Shown: positions 1 through 10,199 of the stretch, piece after piece
How positions within the stretch are numbered: the first letter of the stretch is position 1
Layout of the letters: each line of letters begins with the position of its first letter
Assembly: GCA_943704415.1 (NCBI GenBank)
Contig: CALSCO010000043.1
Coordinates: 1-64,000, forward strand
DNA length: 64,000 nt
From: Parvularia atlantis
Lineage: Eukaryota
Direction: 5' to 3'
The notes under the pieces: model-generated
Database searches by the model: none
Seen by the model: the letters and a program-made list of their open reading frames with translations, nothing else
What the model was told of the DNA's origin: nothing
Translations under genes and position numbers: made by a program

Positions 1-211
1 GGGGGGGAGGGGCTCGTGAGCGCGACAGGCAGCGGGCGCGTGGGCGCGCGCACCGCTCGGCACGGCCATTCGCGAAGGACGGCGAGCGGGGCGGCGAGCG
101 GGGCGGCGAGCGGGATGGCGCCACACGCGACGTTCGCCGCCGGCCACGTGGTCGCAAATGGCCTGACTGCGCCCCCGCCCTTGCCAGCATGGCGGGCGGC
201 GTGTCGCGGCC

Positions 212-1335
212 ATGGCTGTCGCCTGGGAGGCAATGCGACGGAGTTGTCACGGCGTGATGTCGGTGCGGTTCAGCGGCGATGCGGCGGGCGGCGCGGCGGC
301 CGAGGCGCCGCTGCGCTTCCGCGCGGTGAGCGCGCAGGCGGCGATGAAGGCGTTCCCGCGCGACACCGCGTTCGTGGTCACGTACGAGGACAAGCTCAAG
401 GTCTGTGCGTGTGCCGCGGGCGTGCTGAATATGTGTGTGTGTGCGCGCGCGCGCAGGTCTACGCGCTCACGCAGCAGATGACCCAGGGCTCGGTGCCGTC
501 GTCGTCGACGCGGCCGCCGTTCACGGACGTGGTCGGGCGGGTGCAGTGGTGCGCCAACCGTCGCGCGTTGTGGTTGCCTGACGAGGCCGCGGCGCAGGGA
601 GCAGTGGCGCCAGCTGCGCGGCATGAGCAAGGCCGACGCGATGGCCGGCTTTGTGCAGCTCGTGCGGCAGGTGCGGCGATCCGATGCGCGACGCGGAGAC
701 TGAGCGCTCGCGACACGCGCACGACAGATCCTCGACCGCAACGCCGCCCACCCGGACACGCCGCGCATCCGTCAGATCCTCGAGCGCCCCGCGCCGGCTG
801 CGCCGCGCGCCGTCAGCGACGTGCGCGCCCAGTTGGCGCCGACGCCCTTGTCGATGTCGGCCGCGCTGGGCGAGGCGGCGCCGGCTGCATCGGGCGCGCA
901 CGGCGAGGCAGCGTCGTCTGCGCCACTCAGCACGCCCATCGCGCTCGACAGCCCCTCGCTCGTGCTCGAGGGCGCCGTCGACGTGGCGCGGCAGCCGGCC
1001 GACCCCGTTACCCTCGTGCGTATGCGCGGGCTTTGTGACTGCGTGCGTCTCACGCGCATCGGGCAGGCGCTGCTGGACGAGATGGGCGCGGCCGTTGAGA
1101 CGATGGCGCAGCAGGTCGCGCGCATGGCGCAGCAGCTGCGGCAGGTGCAGGACGCGTACACGGTGCGCCGCTCGCTCTGGATCGCGGTGCATCGCCTCAC
1201 GTGCGCGCACCGCAGACCAGCCGGCGCATCTGGACCGTCCGCTTCCTGCTCACGCTCCTGCCCGTTCTGCTTGTCGTGCTGCGCGCGCACGTGCCTGCGT
1301 GGGTCTGGAAACGCGTGCTTCCGGCCGCCGAGTGA
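212..1335 (+). CDS. Acyl-CoA-binding (ACBP) domain protein with coiled coil and C-terminal TM (ACBD4/5/Atg37-like), about 5 introns
   Basis: Spliced: ...TYEDKLK|VYALTQQMTQG...RPPFTDVVGRVQW|EQWRQLRGMSKADAMAGFVQLV (ACBP fold pattern); coiled coil EMGAAVETMAQQVARMAQQLRQVQD; last exon IWTVRFLLTLLPVLLVVLR then TGA at 1333-1335. Start codon uncertain. Confidence 0.75.
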
Positions 1336-1405
1336 CAGCATGTGTCGGTCAATGACAGCTTGGACGTCCGATAGGCTGGCAGTGGCCGTTTCTTTTCAAG
1401 TTCAG

Positions 1406-2257
1406 ATGAGCCACACCGGCACACCGCCGGCCACGCCCCTCGCGCAGCTGCCTGCGCCGCGCCCGCCGCCGCCCACCGTAGCGCAGCTGCTGGGCGAGTG
1501 CAATCTTGGGCGCCACACCAACTACGTCGTGGAGCGGCTCGGCTACAGTGTGTGACACCATGACGGCAACCCCGAGTCGCCCACGGCGCAGCTGACGGCG
1601 CACGCTGTGCGCGCACGCAGGGAACGTCAGGGACCTTACGCCGGCGGTCCTCGAGCGTTCAGGTCGTGGCTGTCCACGCGCCAGCGCGAAGAGCTGCGCA
1701 TGGCCCTTGCGTGGCACTTTGAGCCGAGCATCGACCGGTACTTCAACGCTGGGGATCACGTCGTCGCGCGCGATGCGAGCATGCCCGTCTTCGACGTCTT
1801 CGTCTCGTACGCGGGGCCGCAGAAGCGCGGCATCGTGTCCTTCCTCGTTAAGGAGCGGCGCCGGCGCCAGCTCAACGTCTTCATCAACACGACGATGACG
1901 CTCGGCACCGCGGCAACACCGGCGATGCTGCACGCGGCCAGTCACGCGCGCGTCGGGCTGGTGGTGCTCTCGCGGGCGTTCTTCGACTGGACGCATCGCG
2001 AGCTGCTCATCTTCCTGAACCGCATCGAGCGCCAAACCAAGGGCGAGCCGCACGGCCCGTTCAGCCTGGTGCCCGTCTTCTTCTACGACGTCGGCCCGTG
2101 GAACGAGCGCACCGAGGGCGTCTCCGAGTTTGCGCGCACGCTGATCACCATCGTGTCGGGCATCACCGGCGCTGTGAAGCACGTGGACAAGGACGAGTGC
2201 GACATCGTCGACGGGGTCGCCGACGCCGTCTGCCGCCTCTGTGCGCCGCGCAGCTGA
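1406..2257 (+). CDS. SAM-like domain + TIR domain protein (one intron; apparent frameshift near 1655 or alternative donor)
   Basis: TIR motifs FDVFVSYAG, VGLVVLSRAFFDWTHRELL, LVPVFFYDV in ORF 1607-2257; upstream TVAQLLGECNLGRHTNYVVERLGY|RNVRDLTPAVLE..SWLSTRQREELRMAL resembles SAM; intron 1548-1620 with GCTGAC branch. Confidence 0.75.
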
Positions 2258-2405
2258 AGCCTTGTGTTGCATGTGCTGCGGATCACGCCCAGTATGAACC
2301 GGTGCACCGTGAGCTCATGCTTCGGCGCCGCGGCCATCGGCACCGTCTGTTTATCTTGTCGAGGCGGCGCCGGGCGGGCAGCGCGGCAAGGCGGCGGGCG
2401 CGACG

Positions 2406-2949
2406 ATGGCGCCGATCACCCTGCGCGTCACGGGCAGCAAGACCTTCCTGCCCTTCTTCGAGATGGACACGGAGGACGAGCTGCAGAAGACGTGGCGCGT
2501 CTGCACCCGGTGTGCGCCGTCCCTGCGCCGTTGGCGCCACCATCCCCCTCCTGGCCTGACTCGTGGCGCCATCCCGCGCGCGGCGCGCAGCGTCAAGGAC
2601 TCGCTCGAGAACGGCAGCCGCCTCGAGAACCTGTCGTGGCGCCTGTGGTTCCTGCACTACCGCCAGAAGCAGGCACGGCCGTGGCTGTGGCTGTGGCCGT
2701 GGCGGCGCTGACGTGGACGGTCCCACGCGCCCGCCTCAGGCCGTCATCCGCAAGCCGCGCGGCCTCGCCGCCGTCCTCGCCACGCGCCTCGAGGCCGTCC
2801 CCGAGCGGCTCGCGCGCGGCGCCCGTGGTGGCGGCGGCGCCGAGGTCAGCGGCACGCCGCCTGCGCCACCCGATGGCGCCGACGAGGGCGCGGCGACGGC
2901 CCATGACGCGACGCAGCAGCAGCACTCGCAGCACTCGCAGCAGCCTCAG

Positions 2950-2990
<41 letters not shown>

Positions 2991-4601
2991 CGGCGACGAC
3001 GCGCCGGCGTACGCAGCGGGCGTCGGCGCGCCGATCAACGTGCTTGTGCAGCCCGACGGCGCCATCACGCTCTCGGGCGAGATGGAGGACCTGCTGGGCG
3101 GGTTCGGCACGTCGCTCTTCCGCGACTCGCTCATGCTCGACGTCCTGCCGGGCATGGACGACGTGCGTGCGCTCGTTGTCGTGTGCTCGCCCGCTGATCA
3201 TGTGCGCGCAGAACATCTTCTGGGGGTCGCAGCGAATCGACACCGCGCCGCCCGCACCCGCGCCTGCACCCGCGCCCGCACCCGCGCGGCCAGCGCCGCC
3301 TCAGCAACAGCAGCAGCAGCACGCGGGCACGCTCAACGGGCAGAACGGGGACCGCTCGCACCACTACTCCGGGCTGCCGCCGTCGTATCAGTCGTACAGC
3401 CCGATGTTGTACCAGGTGTGCCGGCGGCTGCTGCTGCTGCCCTAGTGGGCTGTGCTCACCGTGACGTGCCATCACCAGCAGCAGCATGTCACGCGGCCGC
3501 CGGGCGGCACGATCTCGTCCGCGCTGATCGAGGCGGCCGTCTACGAGCGCGCATCCAGTCAGCCGGGCGCGGCCAGCCAGCCGCACCCAGCCAACCAGCA
3601 GTACGCGCCGAGCCAGCAGCAGCTGCATGCACCGAGCCCGCAGTACGCGCACGGCCCGCGGCACTCGCCGATGCAGCAGTACGCGATGGCCGCGGAGGGC
3701 CAGCCGCTCGTCACAAGAGTGCCGTCGCCATCGTCGTGGTTGCAGTACACCGCCTACGCGCCCCTTCCGCAGCAGCCGTGGCCCGCGCAGCCAGCGCAGA
3801 ATCAGTGGCAGCAGCAGCACCAGCACCAGCAGTACCAGCAGCACCAGCAGCACCAGCAGCACCAGCAGCAAGGCAACGTGTCCCGGCACGTCGGCACGCC
3901 ACGCCAGCGCCAGCGCATGGCCAGCAGCAGCACGGCCACGATGTCGCCCGCAGCATCGCGGACGCGGCCTGTCCTCGCGGCGACGGCGAGCGTGGTGCGG
4001 CCGCCGTTCGCGTTAGGGCCGCCCGGGTCGACGCTCGTGGTCTGCATCAACTGCGGATCGAGCCACACGCCGCTATGGCGCCGCACGCAGAAAGGCGAGC
4101 CGCTGTGCAACGCGTGCGGGCTCTACCTCAAGCTGTACAACAAGCCGCGGCCGCTGGCGCTCGAGGCTGCGCGCAGCATAGACGAGCCGGTGGGGTACGA
4201 GGCCGACACGAACCCGCTCACGTGCACCAACTGCGAGACTACGATAACGCCGCTGTGGCGCCGCGACAACGACGGGAGCATCCTCTGCAACGCGTGCGGC
4301 CTGTACAAGAAGCTGCACGATAAGGACCGGCCCGTCTCGCTTAAGTCTGACACGGTCCGCAAGCGCCAACGCGCGCCAGGTGCGCCCACGCACCGCTGGG
4401 TCAGTTGGGCAGGCTGACACCCTCGCGTCCGCAGCGGCTGTGCACGCCGGCACGGCACACGTCGGCACCGTGCACGCCGGCAAGGCGCACGTCGGCGACG
4501 ACAACAGCAAGCGCCCGCGTCTCGAGACGACGCCTGCCACCGCCACAGTTCCGCCACAGCCGCTGCCGCCAGACGCGCCGCCTGTGCCGCGGCCTGCTTG
4601 A
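2406..4601 (+). CDS. GATA zinc-finger transcription factor with N-terminal DUF1752 (AreA-like) motif and two Cx2C-x17-CNAC fingers
   Basis: [32 protein letters not shown]...LCNACGLY and [14 protein letters not shown]...LCNACGLY; polyQ linkers; about 5 introns. Confidence 0.9.
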
Positions 4602-4643
4602 TCAAGTATGTGTGCGTGCGCGCAAACAGAGATGTGCACAGCT

Positions 4644-7600
4644 CTATGCCTCCTTGGGCTTGCCCGGCGGCGCGGCCACGGCCACGACGCCGCTGCCGCC
4701 GCGGGCGATGCGAGGCCGCATGGACGAGACGGCCCCGACGAGCAGGTGCGACAGGTAGAACAGGCCCGTCAGGAAGACGATGAAGCCGCTGGCGATGACG
4801 AAGTGCGAGATGGACGTGCCGATCTCGAGCCAGCTGCCCTGGGTGCGGCCGCGAGCGTCACCGGCATGCACACACACGCGCTTGCACGGCGCACGGCGCA
4901 CCTCGTCGCGCACGAGGAAGAAGAAGTTGAGCGTCATCACGTCGGTCGTCGACAGGACGAGCACAAAAAGCGACGACGGCGGCAGGCCCACCGAGCGCGT
5001 CATAATGCCAAACACCGCTGCGACCCTGTGTGTCAGCCGCGCGGCAAGCAGCACACCGCCGCGCACCGGCCAGGAAGAAGAACGGGAGCATGATCTTGAA
5101 CAGCAGCAGCCCGCCCATCAGGAACGGGTTGAACACGCTACAAAGGCGCCGGTCGGCACACAAAGGCGCACGTGCCCCAAGCACACCACGCACGTCGTCA
5201 GCCGGTAGACCGACGAGACGGTGAACGAGGCGATCGACGCGACGTTTCCCGTGCCAAAGTACGCCACGTTGATGAAGAACAGGAACATCCACGCCAGCCG
5301 CGCGTCCTTGATCGACAGCCGCCGGTACAGCGCCGGCCCCTGCGCGCGTGCGTACGCGGTAGGCACGGCGGTGCGAGCGTCACCGGCAGCGTGCACCTCG
5401 GTCGTCTCGGCCAGCGGCTCCCACTCGTCCAGCGCAAACAGGCGCCGCTCGATGTGCAGCCAGCACAGCAGCATTGACGCGAGGCAGGCATAGAACAGAA
5501 CCTCATAAGAGATGCTGAGGATGACTAGCGGTGCGCCGAAGCCTGGCGGCACCGCCGCGGTCAGCCAACGCGCGCGGCAAGAAGAGTGGCGCGTACCGAG
5601 CAGCAGCGCGTTGAGCCGGTCGAGGTAGTGCACCTTGGCCGGCGAACTGACGAACGGCAGCACGAGCGAGACGGCGAAGACTAGCCACGCTAGCACCTGA
5701 AACGCGCGCGAGTCAGCAGGCAGCACCAGGGTGCACCGCGGGCGGCGTGCTTGATTGAGCAGCGGCAGGCCCTGCTTCGCCTCGAGCTTGAGCGTCGTGT
5801 CGTACACCAGCCACGCGGCGACGGCAACGAGCGCCAGCTGCACCGCCAGCACCCCGCGGCGCCGCTCGGTGCTGCCACTGCCGCTCTGCGAGGGCGGGCG
5901 GCCGCCAGCCGCAGCGACCTCGATGCACACGCCGAGCGCGACGAGTGCCGCGCCGCCCCAGGTTGTCAGCGTCATGTTTTCTTCGGCCACCTGCCGCGCC
6001 GTACCGTCAGCAGGCGCTTGGCCAAAGTACACGCAGCGCTGCGCACCACGGGCAGCGTCATGAAGAGTGCCGAGCCGAGGCACGAGAGCGACCAGGCCGC
6101 GAGCAGCCCGCGCGACTGTGCGCGCATCGTGCTCGGCATGACCGCCGGCCAGAAAGCAAGCGCGCCAAAAATCCAGCCGAGCACGGCGCGTTCGTAGTAC
6201 GAATACACCTGCGACACCAAGGGCTGAGCGCACCGGCCGCACTCGCTGTGGTCACGCACCAGAATCTCGAGCGCACCCACAAACAGCACAACGCCGACGA
6301 CGCCGCGCACGGCCAGCCGCGGGTCACGCACGGCGCGCAGCAGCGGGTTGAGCCAGACACGGTGGTCGCGCAGCACGTTGCCCCAGAAGAAGCACGGGAA
6401 GAACATGTAGGCGTGGTACAGCACCGGCGCGGTCGTGAGCCACAGGTATGTCGTCAGCGCGGCCCACACGCCCATCGCCAGCCAGAACACCTGCGCGTGC
6501 GACGCAGCTGAGCACGACGAAGGAGCTGCACGCTGCGCACGCACGGCGTTCGATGCGGCCGGCGTCGTCGCCGTCAGCTCTGTCGACGAGAGTGACTCGC
6601 CGCCCGACCAGAGCGCGTACGACTTGATCTGCGCGGCTGTGAGCACACGCGCGCACACGTGGCCGGAGCACGCGCGCACCATGAACGTAATCGAGTACGC
6701 GATCCACCCGAGGTAGCCCGCCGACACGGCCGAGCGCAGCAGGAACCAGTCGTACGTCTACGCCGGGCGATCAGCGGTGCGCGCAGGGCCCCGTGCAGCG
6801 ACGTGCGTGCCTGGAAGTAGTGACTCCCGCGCAAGCTGAGGTCGATGAGCTGGCCGGCAAGCGCAATGGCGTCGCTGTAGCGTGCCTGCGCCGCGCGCTC
6901 AATGCACGCCGCGCGCTTACACGCGCATGCACTGCTTCCAACGCTGCGTCGATGCGCGCGATCATGTCGGCCGACGTCGCGTAGTCCAGCGCGGCAAAGG
7001 GCACAAAGAACAGCTCGGTCTGCTGCTTGAGGCGCGCCTTCTGCCGGTACTGCTCAAAGATCTGCTTTGCGTTGAGCGCAAATGCCCTGCAGAGCGGTGC
7101 GTCAGCCACCTAGCACGCGCCCAACGGACAGGCGACGCACTGCGCCCGGTACGCGCCGGCGTCCTCGTGCAGGTAGTCGAGCGGGAGCACGCCGACTGAG
7201 TTGAGCGGGAACGGCACGCCGATGAGCGCGGCCTGCGAGGCGAGTGTCAGCCTCGCTCGCACGTGAAGCGCGGCGTGCACCATCAGCGGTGCAACGGCGG
7301 CCTGCTCGACATCCGAGCGGGCGACGTGCGCCGGGCCCCAGTGCCGCGTCTCGTCGTCGACGTGCGCGCCGGTTGGCGTCGGCCGCGGCCCGCGCACGCC
7401 CGCGCCCCACGCCACGAGCGGCGTGCGCGTGTTTGCCGGGTCGCCGTCGCCGTGCGCGCCGCGGTCGTTCATGCCGTGGTCGGCCGTGAAGACGAAGGCG
7501 GTGCGGTCGTCGCCGAAGAAGTCGGCCACGAGCTCGGTCATGTTGCGCACGCCGGCGTCGACGTACGCGATGTTGTCGAGGTACCTTGTTGCGCACGCGC

Positions 7601-8637
7601 GCGCGCGAGAGAGCACGGTCAGCCCTGCTCGCCGGCCCAGTCGCGGACGTACTCTTGCGAGTGCGGCCGGTGCGCGTGGCCGTTGGTGTCCAGGCCGAGC
7701 AGGTGCAGGAAGAGAACGATGCGCTCCTGACGCAGCATCGTGCCGAGCGTCGCGTTGCGCCGTGCGCGCTCAAACAGGTCGTGCACGCGCGCGAACACCC
7801 ACTCGTCCATGTGCCGCGAGTCTGCGCGTCGGCGGTGTCGGCCAGGGTGGGCGACGGGGCAACGGGGCGCGCACCCTTGGCAAAGTCCTCCGCATGCGCC
7901 TCGTACATGAACGTCTCGACCTTGCTTGCACTGGCGCCCTGGCACACGTGTGCGCGCGTGAGCATCGGGAGGTGGGTGGGGGGGTCGGAAGCGGGCGGCG
8001 TGCCTTGGCAAACATGGGGAGGATGTCGGGGCTGCCGAAGGCCCACGTGTGCGCGCTCTCGTTGAAGACCGAGTCGAACTCGACCGGGTTCTCCTGCCAC
8101 CCTGTCGTGCGAAGGCATGAGCGGCACGTGCGCCACGTGCGTGCACGACCGATCTGCCGTCCAGGCAGCCCACACCACCAGCCAGCCGCACCCCTCCCAG
8201 CGCACCCTTCGTGACCGCGCTCACGTCCTCGTACAGCCCCGCGATGAGCGCGACGTGGCCCGGGCGCGACTCGGTCGGGACGCGCGTGTGCGACACGCCC
8301 CACGCCCCGCGGTTCTCGGCCACGCCGCGCAGGAACGGCGCGCGCGACGCCCCATCCGCGCCGCGCTCAAACAGGCGGTCGGCGCGCAGCCCGTCGCCCA
8401 CGACGAGCACGAGCCGCGCGGCCGGCGGGGCGGCGGCGGGCGCGAGCGGGCGCATCCCGTGCACGATCGGCGAGCGGAAGTACTGCGCGACGCACGAAGC
8501 GCGTGAGGCCGCGGCACGACACGGCGGCGGCACGGCGGGGCGGCGCGGCGGCGCACGATGTCGAAGATGGACGCGGCGTACAGCAGGTGGAAGACGACGC
8601 CGACGAGCAGCAGCGTGCTGCTGGCCGCGCGGTGCAT
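4644..8637 (-). CDS. PIGN: GPI ethanolamine phosphate transferase 1 (PIG-N/Mcd4), many introns
   Basis: [102 protein letters not shown]. Confidence 0.95.
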
Positions 8638-8745
8638 CGGCGATGCGCGCACGTGGGCACGTACTTGGACGCGGCTTGACTGCAATCTGATTGAGCAGTC
8701 GCCACTGACACGCAGTCGGCACACGCGGCACACAGCAGGCGCGGG

Positions 8746-9005
8746 TCACTGCGACTCGGGCGCGGCGTCGTCCGTCACGCCAAAGCCCGCCGCGACGCGG
8801 AACGGCTCGATGCGGTACTCGGCCCACACCCCGCGCATCACGTACGGGTCCTGCTTCACAAACTCCTCGACCTGGTCGCTGCGTGGCGTCGTGCACGGTC
8901 AGTGCGGTGTGCGCGGTGCGTGCGGCACGACGTGGGTGCGACTTGGGTGCGATGAGCATGCGGGCAACAGTGGGTACGAACAGCCGCGCAGCAGCAACAG
9001 ACGCG

Positions 9006-9081
<76 letters not shown>

Positions 9082-9641
9082 CACACGCACCAGCTCTATC
9101 CATGCCCAGCTGTGCAGCAGCACCACACACCCGCGCCACAGCCCATCGCGCACGCCGCACACGCCGCACACGCACCGAGAGGCAAAGAACGTGAGCAGGC
9201 ACGACCCGACCATCATCCCGTTCTCGTCCGTCAGCGAGCCGCCGACGACGACGTTGCCCTCGTCGCGGAAGAAGCGCGCGCGGCACAGGTGCGCCTCGCG
9301 TGCCTGCCCCCGCGCGAGCGACCTCAAGCTGGATCCGGGCACGGCACTACACAGCGCGCACCTCCATCCGCCGCTCAAACGCGCCCGGGTCCTTGTGATC
9401 GTACGCGTAGATCACAAAGTTGGGCTCTGCGCGCGCGTGTCGCCGCCGTGAGCCCGTGCGCTGGCTGCAAGCCGAGGTGCACCCTTGCGACGGTGCAGCG
9501 CCGCGGCCGTGCTCATCCCTGGCGCGCACCCTCTGTCAGTGCGGCATCAACGCAGGCACTGTGGCGCGCACCCCGCTCGGCGCGCGCCGCCCGGGCCAGG
9601 CGCGCCACAGCAGCGGCAGCAGCAGCAGCACGCAGCGCCAT
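8746..9641 (-). CDS. YciI/YCII-related protein with probable mitochondrial presequence
   Basis: MALRAAAAAAVARLARAARAERG|MSTAAALHRRK|EPNFVIYAYDHKDPGAFERRMEVR..EAHL..VVVGGSLTDENGMMVGSCL..DQVEEFVKQDPYVMRGVW..IEPF, matching the YCII pattern (R..HL, GG, GS, DPY, GVW). Confidence 0.8.
9009..9080. repeat. (CAG)n/(CTG)n microsatellite, about 24 units, intronic
   Basis: Direct reading; lies inside the long last intron of the YciI-like gene. Confidence 0.95.
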
Positions 9642-10199
9642 CAGGACGACGTGGGAACGAGAAAGCCAGCCAGGCGACGTCCAGCGTGGCGTCGAAGTGT
9701 CACCTTACCCTTCGCAGACCTGTCGCTGCTGCGACCTGCTCAGCGGCTCGGCGCGCGGCACAGGCGTGTGCGAGCGGGCGGGCTCGTGCTCACGTGGCGT
9801 GCGGGCTGCTGCAGCTGCCCTGCGCTGCGTGTACGATCGACACTCACGTGCGCGTGTGCACCGTGGGCCGCGCGGCCCGACACATGCTGGACTGTCAACG
9901 CGCAGGCGAATCCGCCAGGTGCGCGCGCATCGCGCTGCTGCTGCCCCTCATGCTCGACGCCGCGCAGTATGCGTCATCGCTTCAGGAATGGTGGTGGCGC
10001 ACACTGTCGTCGACTCGACATAGGCCAACGTGTCCTAGTTTGCATACAACCCGGGGTGGACGGGAGCTTAGCAAGCTGTGGCACACACAAACACTCGCGT
10101 CTCGAAATCGAGTGCGGCCAGCTGCGCGCACTTCATGCACACGCTTGTGTAAGCATTGCAGCTTTTGCCAATGCGCACACAACTGCGCCGCAAAAGTTT

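Noticed and set aside
8856..9286. Poly-Cys, poly-Leu, poly-Ala and poly-Gln ORFs
   Set aside because: All are translations of the intronic CAG/CTG microsatellite.
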